Assembly: GCF_006345805.1 (NCBI RefSeq) | Contig: NW_021832936.1 | Span: forward strand, 1-29,357 | Length of the DNA stretch: 29,357 nt | Source: Octopus sinensis | Taxonomy: Eukaryota | Direction: 5' to 3' | Part shown: one piece after another, positions 1-10,599 of the stretch | How the letters are laid out: every line of letters begins with the position of its first letter | How positions within the stretch are numbered: position 1 is the first letter of the stretch | Program-made: the position numbers and the translations under genes | Notes under the pieces: model-generated | Database searches by the model: none | Told to the model about the DNA's origin: nothing | What the model saw: only the letters and a program-made list of their open reading frames with translations

Positions 1-485
1 ACAAAAGAGGGAAAAGCCACTCGAGAGAGACTCGTGAAGACGCGGTCGTCCTCGCCGAAAGCGGAGGGGAAAGAAGAGAGAGAACAGAGAAGAAGAAGCA
101 GAACCTACGTCACTCGCGAGAGTTTTTCTGGGGAGAAACTTACAATACGAGATAAGCCTGCCTTTTGCAATGTCGCAAAACTTGCCGAGGGCCCTTAACA
201 GCTTTTTATATAAACCCTGCCGCAGTTAATTTACATCTGACCCCCACCGAACACATACATACACACACATACACATCGGTACGCTCTTATATACGTACAT
301 ACATACGTATGTATGTATATATGTATATATAATCAGTTCACCCTTAAAAACAATTAAAATATTCGGGGGGTTCTGCTGGGATTTTAAGGGCCTCGATTTT
401 AATTTACTTTTTTTCTGAAAAACAGGGATTTCTGTTTTGATTTGTTTTTTTTCTCTTTTTTTACTTCTTTATTTTCTACAACACA
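1..485 (+). promoter_or_regulatory. Putative proximal promoter / 5' UTR
   Basis: The first ~230 bp are CpG-rich. Motifs: CRE-like TACGTCA (106-112), ACTCGCGAGA (112-121; 9/10 match to the TCTCGCGAGA promoter palindrome), TATATAAA (207-214), TCAGTT Inr-like (333-338), and a T-rich leader before the ATG. The TSS cannot be determined. Confidence 0.4.
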
Positions 486-690
486 ATGATGTCTGCTCTA
501 CCTTCTCTGGTATTGTTGAGCATTTGTCTTACATGGAGTGGATTTGTTAAGGGCATGTCCCCTGTCGACTTGTGTCGACGAAGGCCTATTCACACAACGG
601 CCGCCAAAACCGAAGGGAGCAATGGATTTCGTATCAAAGTGGACGGTCTCTCCCCGAAGGACACTTATAGACCAGGGGCTGAGTATAAAG
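486..690 (+). CDS. SPON1: First coding exon of an F-spondin/spondin-1-like secreted protein (signal peptide plus N-terminal reeler domain); partial CDS, later exons not found in the window
   Basis: ATG at 486 is followed by a hydrophobic signal peptide (MMSALPSLVLLSICLTWSGFVKG). The next segment, LCRRRP..AAKTEGSNGFRIKVDG..DTYRPGAEYK, matches from recall the C-x-R...G-x-N-G-F-R-I-x-V-x-G...Y-x-P-G-x-x-Y-x-V start of F-spondin reeler domains. The exon ends AAAG|GTAGGT after 68 codons plus 1 nt (G, compatible with the expected Val). Confidence 0.85.
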
Positions 691-799
691 GTAGGTGAAA
701 TTTTAACATTGTTCTGTTTGCTCATGGGGTCACCCCCTACATTTATACATACATACATAACATGCATGCATACATACACACACACATGTATATAGAGAT

Positions 800-865
<66 letters not shown>

Positions 866-921
866 GATGGATAAATAGATAGATATGTATATATGTATAT
901 ATAAAAAGTTATGCAATAGTA

Positions 922-965
<44 letters not shown>
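800..965. repeat. (GATA)n followed by (TA)n microsatellites
   Basis: Directly visible tandem repeats. Confidence 0.95.
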
Positions 966-973
<8 letters not shown>

Positions 974-1192
974 TGAGGGGCTGCTGAAAAGTTCCAGGGT
1001 TTGGATAAAAGAAGATACGGGAGGATGAGTTAATTATGATTTTTATTCAATATGTCCCCTTCTCGGATTCACACACGTATTGCAGTGGTCCTTCAGTTTT
1101 TCTAAGCCCTGTAAAAGAACCCAGAGTGTTGGGCCTCCAACCAGGCCTTTCGCGACACCCTTAAAGCCAGGAACTTTTCCGCAACCCCTTCG
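974..1192. mobile_element. Tc1/mariner-type MITE (~220 bp)
   Basis: Imperfect terminal inverted repeats TGAGGGGCTGCTGAAAAGTTCCAGGGTTT and AAAGCCAGGAACTTTTCCGCAACCCCTTCG, of the mariner-like (TA)CGAGGG..GAAAAGT type; no coding capacity. Confidence 0.7.
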
Positions 1193-1399
1193 TTTGTGTG
1201 TGTGTGTTATATATCTTTGTTTATAGCTATTATTTAGATGAACGCTTGTGTTTACAAACTAATTTTTAAAGAAACACTTAAATACGCCAAGTGCAGGGTA
1301 CAGATTTTTTTTTAGGGGTTTTGGGGATTTTATTTATTTATTTATTCTTTAAAGCTGAAATTTAAAACTGTTAGTTATAAACATTAGATTCAACTTCTT

Positions 1400-1446
1400 C
1401 ATCTCTTCTCCTTCTCTCTCTTTCTTTCTTTCTTTCTTTTCTTTCC

Positions 1447-1480
<34 letters not shown>

Positions 1481-1933
1481 GTGTCTACATATATCGAGAT
1501 ATAAATTAGACAGACAAGCTGACAAACAGATAGACAGACAGACACATACATACATACATGCATAAAAAGATGGATAAGTAGATAGACAGATAGAAAGAGA
1601 AAGAGAGACAGAGAGAGAGAGAGAAACAGAGAGAGACACAGAGATAGAGACAGAGAGAGAGACAGAGAGAGAGAGACACAGAGAGACACAGAGATATAGA
1701 CAGAGAGAGAGACACAGAGAGATAGACAGAGAGAGAGAGACACAGAGATAGAGACAGAGAGAGAGAGATGGATGGATCGATCGATCGATCGACGGGCAGA
1801 TAGATAGACAGATAGATAGATCCACAAATGTTTCGTTTTGTAAGAAGTGTGCTTAATCATGTTCTGTGTGTGTGTGTGTGTTGCGTCTTTGTAATCGGCA
1901 AGTGCGTGTATTGTGATATACATGCGGTTAAAG

Positions 1934-1964
<31 letters not shown>

Positions 1965-2270
1965 TTGTGTTGGGTAGCACAAATCTACGCCTTTGTATCA
2001 TATTGACAGTCACACACACACACACACACACACATTATGCGTATAGTATATCATATAGCATGTCACACGCACACACACTTGCTTGTTTGTGAGCGAGTAA
2101 ATATATATACACACACACGACCCACACACACACGACCCACACACACACGACCCCCACACACATACACACACACATGCATTTGTATACATACAGACATATG
2201 CGTCAATGTCACAGACAAACACACACACACAGACAAACACACACATAGACAGACAGACAGACAAATACAA
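1400..2270. repeat. Compound microsatellite field: (CT)n, (GACA/GA)n, (TG)n, (CA)n
   Basis: Directly visible; explains the long low-complexity ORFs 1349-1825 and 1477-2031. Confidence 0.9.
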
Positions 2271-2396
2271 TCAGCATAATGTTGACCTTTAAGAAATTAC
2301 AACTTATGTAGTATATTAGCTAAGTGTGTGTGTGTGTGTCTGTGTCTGTGCGTGTGTCGTAAGGCGTGATGTGTAAATCGTGTGTGGCTGTGTGTG

Positions 2397-2716
2397 TATT
2401 CTTTTATTCTTTTACTTGTTTTAGTCATTTGAATGCGGCCATGCTGGGGCACCACCTTTAATCGAACAAATCGACCCCAGGACTTATTCTTTGTCGAACC
2501 GCTAGGTTTTGGGGACGCAAACACACCAACATCGGTTGTCAAACGTTGGTGCTGGGAATGGGAGGGGACAAACACAAACACATACAGTTTCCGTCTACCA
2601 AATCCACTCACAAGGCTTTGGTCGACCCGAGGCTATAGTGGTGTTACACAGTGGGACTGAACCCGGAACCATATGACTGGAAAGCAAGCTACTTACCACA
2701 CAGCCACTCCTGTGCC
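2397..2716 (-). mobile_element. tRNA-derived SINE, family B (internally deleted copy)
   Basis: Reverse complement begins GGCACAGGAGTGGCTGTGTGGTAAG (A-box) and has GGTTCAGTCCC (B-box); it ends CAGCATGGCCGCATTCAAATGACTAAAACAAGTAAAAGAATA. Homologous to 14575-14984. Confidence 0.85.
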
Positions 2717-2723
2717 TATTTAT

Positions 2724-2797
<74 letters not shown>

Positions 2798-3432
2798 GGG
2801 GGAGATAGATAGATATGTATGTATTCCTTGTATGTATCACATTTAATGACGTGAACACACACACACACATAGAACAATGAATGGATCAACAGGTTCACTG
2901 GACAATAGAACAACTTTGTTCGGCTCTTCTTATTGCTGTTGCAGGTATTATTATTGTAGTAGTAGTTGTTGTTGTTGCTGTTGTTACTTCTGCAACTGCT
3001 GATGTTGCTGTTTTGTATTAGAATTAGCTGAGGCGGTAGAGCAACGGTGGTGTGATGTCGTCAGTTATCGGTGAAGCATCGAAGAGGCTCGGGTCTACGG
3101 TCAGAGGATTCATTCTCAGGCGTGCCTTTCTTGCTCGGAGAGGGTTTATCGCAAGAGAAGAGAAGTCCTTGAGGCCCGCGGGTCACCAATACGGACATTC
3201 TGACCCACACCGGCTGAAGCAAGTCGTCCCTGGTGTATTTCCATACAAAGCAAAATGGGAGAAAGCCGCCAAAACTAACGGGAAGACTGTACGGGGACAA
3301 GAACATTGATCTCTCTCTCTCTCTCTATCTCTCTCTTTCTTTCTCTCTCTCTCTCTCTCCTCTCTCATATATATATATATAATATATATATATATAGTAT
3401 ATATGTATGTATGTAATACACATATAATATAC

Positions 3433-3491
<59 letters not shown>

Positions 3492-3518
3492 CATATATAT
3501 TTATGTGTGGTGTATATA

Positions 3519-3640
3519 TCAAGATTAATCAGCCGAAATTGCGAGGATGATCCGGTCTTGACTGAAGATTAGAGGCTTCGAATGACCCGTCCTTTTTTTG
3601 TGCCGTCTATTTGAATGTTTTGCGTTCTTGTCCCATTTTT
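3519..3640 (+). repeat. Unclassified interspersed repeat next to (TA)n (family E)
   Basis: AGCCGAAATTGCGAGGATGATCCGGT..CTGAAGATTAGAGGCTTCGAATGACCCGTCC recurs almost identically at 24057-24165 and inverted at 4001-4146. Confidence 0.8.
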
Positions 3641-3889
3641 TGTATTTTTTATAAATTATTTATATATATATATATTATTATATAATCACCTTTGTATGCG
3701 TATATGTGTGTATGTATTTCCATCGCCTGATCGTTGTAATCAACAACCACTTCGGTGTTATAATTGGGTTTACTTACTTCCTTACAGCATGACCAGGCGT
3801 ATCGACTTGTGCCTCAATGTACATGTGTGTGCGCATGCATGCATGTGTGAATATACTTATATACATACATACATACATACATACATACA

Positions 3890-3922
<33 letters not shown>

Positions 3923-3931
3923 CTATATATC

Positions 3932-3977
<46 letters not shown>

Positions 3978-4000
3978 ATATATATATACCTGTAGAATAT

Positions 4001-4146
4001 ACAACTGGACACAGAACGTAAAACATTTAGAAGACGATACAAAAAACATTCGAAGCCTTCCAGATCTTCATTCAAGAACGGATCATCCTAGCAATTTCGG
4101 CTGATTAATCTTGAGATCGCTCCGATCCGGCCAGCCCCAAGGAAAA
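4001..4146 (-). repeat. Family E repeat, inverted copy
   Basis: Reverse complement TCAAGATTAATCAGCCGAAATTGCTAGGATGATCCGTTCTTGAATGAAGAT aligns with 3519-3570. Confidence 0.8.
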
Positions 4147-4204
4147 TATATATACATATCAACTGGGATAGGGATAATATGGTTCTCATTATTTAATTCT
4201 ATTA

Positions 4205-4428
4205 AAGGGGCGAGCTGGTAGAATCGTTAAAACGCCGGGCAAAATGCTTAGCAGCATTTCGTTCGTGTGTGCGTTCTGAGTTCAAATTCCGCCGAGGTCG
4301 ACTTTACCTTTCATCCTTTCGGGGTCGATAAATTAATTCCCTATTAAGCGCTGAGATCGATGTAAGCGAAGCGTCCCCTCCCCCATCCCTCCCTTTAATT
4401 TCAGGTGTTGTGCCTGTAGTAGAGAGGG
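4205..4428 (+). mobile_element. tRNA-derived SINE, family A (Nin/Deu-domain-like core)
   Basis: GGCGAGCTGGTAGAATCGTT head, GAGTTCAAATTCC B-box, and core CCTTTCATCCTTTCGGGGTCGATAAATTAA. More than 15 homologous copies or fragments occur in the window. Confidence 0.9.
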
Positions 4429-4507
4429 TCGCCACCTCACAAATTGTTGTCTGTCCGTGTGAGGTCCACCTCAATTATGTCCCAATGGCTAATTTTATTA
4501 TTACACT

Positions 4508-4856
4508 ATTATAACCCTCGCCTTAGCGAAGGCGGGGGTATTGTTTTCAGTCGCCTTTGTTTGTTCGTTTGCTTGTCCGTGGACAAAATATCTCAAGAAC
4601 CGCTGGATGGATTTGGATGAAACTTTCAGGGATGTTTGGCCTTGTGACTGGCACCAACTGAAAGGATTCTGGATTATTTTCCCGGTTTTTTACTTAATTT
4701 TCGAGAGTGGTCAGGGTCCCTTTTAGTATTCCCGTTTGTGAGAGCAGTCGAGTTTATTTCAGATATTCTCATTTTTAAAAAATCATCTCTGGCTAATCGT
4801 TGAGAGGACGTTGGTGTTGCCTCGGCGGAGGTTTGTGCTCTCTCTCAGTGCTCTTA
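4508..4856 (+). mobile_element. Non-autonomous Helentron-type element (HINE/DINE-1-like)
   Basis: 5' subterminal palindrome ACCCTCGCCTTAGCGAAGGCGGGGGT, then (GTTT)-like microsatellite and the ATATCTCAAGAACCGCTGGATGGATTTGGATGAAACTTTCAGG core. The 3' sub-TIR GGCGGAGGT is followed by a short stem-loop and a T-rich end. Confidence 0.7.
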
Positions 4857-4863
4857 TTATTAT

Positions 4864-5087
4864 TTTTTTCTTCTTCTTTCAAATTTGCTTCCATTTCTTG
4901 CCGAGTGTCTTCCCGACTCCTAGGGCAAAGAAACTCATAGTATACATTGGTAGGCCATTAAACTAAACTCACTAGTTCGTTCATTTTTTTTTAAAGTTAA
5001 ATTAAAATGCATGGGTAGTAATAGTTCTCACATCGACAATGCTCTTCTCAATACGTGTAATGTACCAGTTAAGACAATCTTTTTGTC
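4864..5087 (-). mobile_element. 5'-truncated 3' end of an RLE-type (R4/Dong-like) non-LTR retrotransposon
   Basis: Minus strand 5084-5028 reads KKIVLTGTLHVLRRALSM*, matching the C-terminal QK.VL.GT..ILR..L motif. It is followed by a 3' UTR and A-rich tail, with TAA repeats on both flanks. Confidence 0.75.
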
Positions 5088-5120
5088 TTATTATTATCAT
5101 TATCATTATTATTATTATTA

Positions 5121-5172
<52 letters not shown>

Positions 5173-5201
5173 GTCATCATTATCATTATCATTATTATTA
5201 T
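5088..5201. repeat. (TTA)n/(TCA)n microsatellite
   Basis: Directly visible. Confidence 0.95.
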
Positions 5202-5202
5202 C

Positions 5203-5420
5203 AAGGCGGAGAGCTGGCACAGTCGTTAGCACGCCGGGCAAAATACTTCGTGGCATTTCGTCCGTCTTTATGTTCTGAGTTCAAATTCCGCCGAGATCGA
5301 CTTTGCCTTTCATCCTTTCGGCGTCGATAAAAGAAGTACCAGTTGAATACTGGGGTCGATATAATCGACTCATCCCCCTCCCCAAAAACTGCTGCCCTTG
5401 GGCCTATAGAAGAAAGGCTT
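5203..5420 (+). mobile_element. SINE family A, full length
   Basis: AAGGCGGAGAGCTGGCACAGTCGTTAGCACGCCGGGC head, B-box, core, and AGAAGAAAGG tail. Confidence 0.9.
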
Positions 5421-5465
5421 ATTGTTATTCTACATACTTTGTTGTTCACCTCGTTGGCTGTGCAC

Positions 5466-5505
<40 letters not shown>

Positions 5506-5539
5506 TATAAAATGTTTCAAGTGTACTGAAAACCCCTCA

Positions 5540-5731
5540 GCTTTCCGATACAATAGTGGTTACTTAATCCCGCTAGAAATAACAGCCAAATCTTTCTCGA
5601 GTCCAAACTCTGCCACCTTTAAAAAAAAAAACGACATATTGCATAATGGAATCTGAAAGAATTTCAAACTGGCGTGGTGGTCACGGCTGGATGAGAGTCG
5701 ACCATGAAAGCCAGACAACAACAACAACAAC
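5540..5731 (+). mobile_element. Interspersed repeat family D (SINE-like, (CAA)n tail)
   Basis: CTAGAAATAACAGCCAAATCT...TGGTCACGGCTGGA...(CAA)n; homologous segments near 10600-11065, 13034-13228 and, inverted, 22640-22890. Confidence 0.6.
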
Positions 5732-5884
5732 GACTCATAATTTACTGTGTATAGAAGTTCACCTAATTGATCAGGTGAGATTAGAAACCGTGTCAGCGTT
5801 CTCAATTCCCCGCCAAACCTTCCTCCCATCACCGCCGTTTCTCCCTCTCACTGCAGGACTCTTTACCAGGATAAAGGAACAGTG

Positions 5885-6169
5885 ATGGTTTCAAAATTTT
5901 AGCACAAGGCCATTCGTTTTGAAATCAGACCATAAGGAGCCGGAACAAAAACACCACAAAGTATTTTGTCCGACACTCTACCGATCCTACCAGCACACCA
6001 CTTGAATATTTGTTCTTTTTAATTTGTGGCACAAGACCTGAAATTTGGGGGAGGCAATGTCAACCTCGGTGGAATTTGAACTCAGAACATAAAGATAGAT
6101 GAAATGCCGCCAAGCATTTCACCCGGCGTGCTACGATTCTCCAGCCCGCCGCCTTAAATAATAATAATA

Positions 6170-6200
<31 letters not shown>

Positions 6201-6410
6201 CCTTTCTACTATAAGCACAAAGCCTGAAATTTTGAAGAAGGGGTCAAGTTGATTACATCGACCCCAGTACTCAACTCATATATAATTCATCGACCCCGAA
6301 AGGAGGAAAAAGCAAAGTCGACCTCGGCGGAATTTGAACTCAGAACGTAAAGATGGGACAAATGCCGCTAAGCATTTCGTCCGACGTGCTAACGCTTCTG
6401 CCATCTCACC
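5885..6410 (-). mobile_element. Three consecutive SINE family A copies or fragments (about 5885-6000, 6023-6155, 6200-6410)
   Basis: Repeated reverse-complement hallmarks GCACAAGGCC, GAATTTGAACTCAGAAC and GAAATGCCGCTAAGCATT, separated in part by (TAA)n tails. Confidence 0.85.
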
Positions 6411-6909
6411 ACAATCTCTGTTAACCTTCCACTATTATTTATCGTATGTGGTCGTCTGCTCGTATTTACACAATGCTCTGACACACACTAAAGGCTACCA
6501 CTGTAGACATTATGTCGGGTAGAGAAGTAGCCTCAACACCCAACGAGAGAACATCGATTTCGTCACTTAACACAAGAAAAAAAAACCCTTATATCATAAT
6601 TAACTGCCTTAAAAGGAAAAATCAAAATGTAGCCCTTCGAAAGAGTCTCACCCAACCGGTTCAGATTCCCTCAGGATTAAACTTCAGTAACAATGCTGGG
6701 TGTTAGGCCTTACTTGTGCACGCTGGCTAACCGCATATTGGACGAGTGTGTAGTTATGGTCACAGGGTTAGGCCTGCCTTTCCACACTTTCCGAGCTCGG
6801 AGGGTGGACAGGACACACCCGTAGTTATCTGAATAAGTTCACCTATTCACAGTAGTCAAGCGCGGAGTGGACTGGGTACATCTGTGGTACATCTGTATTT
6901 AGCCTTGGA

Positions 6910-7287
6910 CATCGATACCCCAACGGAATTTGAACTCGGATCGAAATCATTCGGAACAGTTACCTCAAGGCATCCCGTCCGACGCTCTTGCTGCCCAGAA
7001 ATGGTACTTGATTCCTGGAGGGAAGAAAGGCTAAGTCAACCTCGACGGGATTTGAACTTGAAATGTAAAGAGCCAAAACACATAGCGCAAACCATTTTAT
7101 CCGAGACTCTAACGATTCTGCCACTCCACCTTTTCCCCTCTCCACTGGTACTTTATTTATCGACATCGTGAACACAAAAGTCAAAATTGATCTCGGTGTG
7201 TTTAGAATCCATATTGCAGGAAGTCAAAACGAATGCTGGAAAGTATTTTATCCGATGCTCTAACGATTCGGCCAACTTACTACCTTA
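6910..7287 (-). mobile_element. Degenerate SINE family A fragments
   Basis: GGAATTTGAACTC, CTCTAACGATTCTGCCA and CTGGTACTTTATTTATCGAC motifs. Confidence 0.65.
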
Positions 7288-7471
7288 GCCCTAGATATTA
7301 TATATCTAAATACAAGACAGGATTGTCATAATTGGAGCGTCATTAATCATAGGTCTGCTGGATTAAGACTGCACTGAGACTAGACATTCGTCCATTATTC
7401 TATATACATGACCAAATACTATACAGTCTCACTATAGATGTGTGTATGTGTGCGTGATTGTGTGTGTGTGC

Positions 7472-7524
<53 letters not shown>

Positions 7525-7559
7525 TGTGTGCGTGCATGCGTGCGTGCGTGCTGCGTGCG

Positions 7560-8082
7560 TGCGCTAGTGGTTGGGATGTTGCACTAACGATCGTCACAGG
7601 GTGGGTTCAATTCCCAGACCAGGTAACATGATGTGTTCTTGAGCAAAACACTTAATTTCACGTTGTTCCAGTCCACTCGGCCGTAAAAGGGTCACCATGC
7701 GGTGGAGTAGAGTTCCGACCAGGTGGGAATGCTGGTCTGGTCGCCAGGCCAGTGGCGTGGTATCGTTCGAAAGGCGGCGAGCTGGCAGAAACGTTAGCAC
7801 GCCGGGCGAAATGTGTAGCCGTATTTCGTCTGTCGTTACGTTCTGAGTTCAAATTCCGCCGAGGTCGACTTTGCCTTTCATCCTTTCGGGGTCGATAAAT
7901 TAAGTACCAGTTACACACTGGGGTCGATATAATCGACTTAATCCGTTTATATGTCCTTGTTTGTCCCCTCTGTGTTTAGCCCCTTGTGGGTAGTAAAGAA
8001 ATAGGTATCGTTCGAAAGCTACAACAATGCAAAGCACATTGTGACCGGCGATGTGTAGCAACACCCGATAGTCTGGTCGATA
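7560..8082 (+). mobile_element. tRNA-derived SINE family C (CORE-like domain), interrupted by a family A insertion
   Basis: CTAGTGGTT A-box-like, GGTTCAATTCCC B-box, and GTGTTCTTGAGCAAAACACTTAATTTCACGTTGTTCCAG, homologous to 19690-19965. Confidence 0.7.
7774..8003 (+). mobile_element. Young SINE family A copy (long-tail subtype) with 15-bp TSD
   Basis: Flanked by the direct repeat GGTATCGTTCGAAAG at 7759-7773 and 8004-8018. Confidence 0.95.
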
Positions 8083-8084
8083 GT

Positions 8085-8244
8085 AATTTCGGGGGTGGAG
8101 TAAGTCAATGACATCGGCCCCCAATGCTCAACTGGTACTTACTTTATCAACCCCGACGGAATTTGAACTCTGAACGTAAAGACGGACGAAATGCCGCTAA
8201 GCATATTGTCTAGCGTGCTAACGATTCAGCCAGCTCGCCGCCTT
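8085..8244 (-). mobile_element. SINE family A (internal deletion)
   Basis: Ends GCTAACGATTCAGCCAGCTCGCCGCCTT, the reverse complement of the head. Confidence 0.9.
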
Positions 8245-8402
8245 ATGTGTGTTTTATTAAAAACCCTCACTACTCACCAATCAGATCCCAGTGTAGGTCC
8301 AAAATCTGCGCTGGTTTGGTGATTTTACTTTGAGAAATATATAAGATCTGAGTTCACTAACGGTAGAGCAAGGGTGACCCCCCGCATCCACCTCCACCAG
8401 CC

Positions 8403-8587
8403 AATGGTGTTTTAAGAGCATGGGCAGACTGGGCAGTGGCCCCGGTCGGGTGGGGTGGGAGAGAAGAAGCAAGGGTTTAGGGGTACAATTACCTGCCTAT
8501 GTATGTCTTTGCTTTGCTAAACAAATACGGCAGGGCCCCAGTGCACTGCTTTCAATGGGAGCCTTTAAAGCAGTTAAGACAGCCCTC
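8403..8587. mobile_element. Possible degenerate GC-rich MITE
   Basis: The right end AAGCAGTTAAGACAGCCCT is weakly inverted-complementary to the left ATGGTGTTTTAAGAGCAT; internal GGGCAGACTGGGCAGTGGCCCC and GGGCCCC motifs. Confidence 0.35.
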
Positions 8588-8680
8588 ACCCCGACCCCGC
8601 TCCTGCCCGCCCCTATTTTGATAGCAGGATAGATATCAAGTGTTCCTTTGACACATATACATGGATATATATATACATGG

Positions 8681-8713
<33 letters not shown>

Positions 8714-8749
8714 TACATGCATACATACATACATACATGCATACATACA

Positions 8750-8785
<36 letters not shown>

Positions 8786-9183
8786 TATAGTAGTATAGAC
8801 TGGCTTATCAGGAACAACAAGTGTTTGTAGACTAAGGTAGTAAATGTTTGCTAAGAAGTTCAACTATAGGGCCCTGATTACACACACACACACACACAAA
8901 ACATATACATACATACATAAACACATACACTGAGGCATACACATACATACAAGTATAACCTGGCTAGTTTGGTGGGTGGGTGGGTGGATGGATGGACGTT
9001 TTGGTCTGGATGAGCAAATGGTTAGGTGGGGTGGGGGTGTAGTTTGTGAGGGTTCAATCTGGAATAGTCAGGGTGGGATGTATTGAAACGGGTGGTATTC
9101 CGAATGGTGGACGCTTCATTATTCAGCGGAATAATTCATAACCTGTTAGAATGAAGTCTGGGGTCGGATAGCAAATATCAATC

Positions 9184-9224
<41 letters not shown>

Positions 9225-9811
9225 AAGAGAGAGAGAGAATGGAACATGTATATACGCATACAGGTATAAATATTTACAGGTGTGCATTTGTCTTATATTA
9301 TGCGTGTGTGTATGTATGTATGCATGCATTTATTTATTATCTCTGTGTGTATACATGTGTGTATGTATGTATGCATTTATGTATGTATCTATGTATGTAT
9401 GTATGCGTCTGTGTATGTGCGTATGTATAGATACATGTATGTGGATATGAATGTATGTATGTCGGAATAAATAAATATTCATAACTCTGCCTGCGAGTCC
9501 GTGTGCACGTCAATCTGTGGGGAGGACTGAATGCATGTCAGGGCGCATAGATATATATATATATTATGTATGCATATATTCTGCATGTATGTGTAAATAC
9601 ATGTGTATATATCTATATAAGTATATATGTATGTATATACATACATATATACATATATATAATATATATATATATATAGTATGCGGCAAAGTAATTTATT
9701 TTACTAAGCCCTTTTATATATTAATAATTTGAATTCGCCTTGATGGTCCCTTTACATACTGACACTTGGTGAAATTGATTAATAATTAATTAATTTTGCC
9801 CTCAATTGTTG

Positions 9812-9849
<38 letters not shown>

Positions 9850-10046
9850 ATATATATAGATATAAATATATATATATATATACATGAATACGTATATACA
9901 TATGCATATATTATGCCTATATATACACACACGGATACATACATATATATATAATGCATAGTTGCACACACACACACATTTATGTAGGTGTGTATTTGTA
10001 TGTAAGTTGGTGTGTGTATGTGTGTGCGTATATTTGTGAGTGTGTG

Positions 10047-10097
<51 letters not shown>

Positions 10098-10174
10098 TGT
10101 CTGTGTGCGGGCGTGCGCGCGGTTGTAGGAGTTTTGGGGAAGTGATCAACTTCCTTCAGAATTTCTATAGTCCG

Positions 10175-10247
10175 GTTACTATGGCAACTGCAATGGTGAC
10201 ATTTATGAGGTCAAGTTGCAATGACCTGGACATTTGACCTCTCACCT
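10175..10247. promoter_or_regulatory. Candidate intronic enhancer: RFX X-box plus nuclear-receptor half-sites
   Basis: GTTACTATGGCAAC (10175-10188), AGGTCA (10208-10213), TGACCT (10222-10227), and DR1-like TGACCTcTCACCT (10235-10247). Confidence 0.45.
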
Positions 10248-10263
10248 TCCCACCACTTCCTTC

Positions 10264-10319
<56 letters not shown>

Positions 10320-10599
10320 GAAAACGCCCTAAATTTTACTCGTGTATTTACTTTCATTCCTCAAATGTCGGTGGGGCATGAACATCACATACTCTCACAC
10401 TTTGCTCTCTCTTACCCCTCCCCCGTAGATATTAAGTCCGTATGCCTATATAGAACAACACTTATAAAGTCTAGCCTAGCTCGTCTTGTATCTTTACATC
10501 GGTCATGGCCAAGCTGCAGCCCGCGAGACGTTCAGAATGGCACGTACTGAAAAATTACCTTTAATTTTCTGAGTAGTGTGGTCTGCCTGATGATGAGGC

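Noticed and set aside
170-229. 19-codon upstream ORF
   Set aside because: The TSS is unknown, so it may not be in the transcript; nothing supports translation.
440-485. Pyrimidine tract before the ATG as a splice acceptor
   Set aside because: There is no AG between the tract and the ATG, so it is treated as a T-rich 5' UTR.
4205-4295. tRNA genes at SINE heads
   Set aside because: A and B boxes are present, but each head continues into a SINE core and tail in many copies, and no intact cloverleaf is evident.
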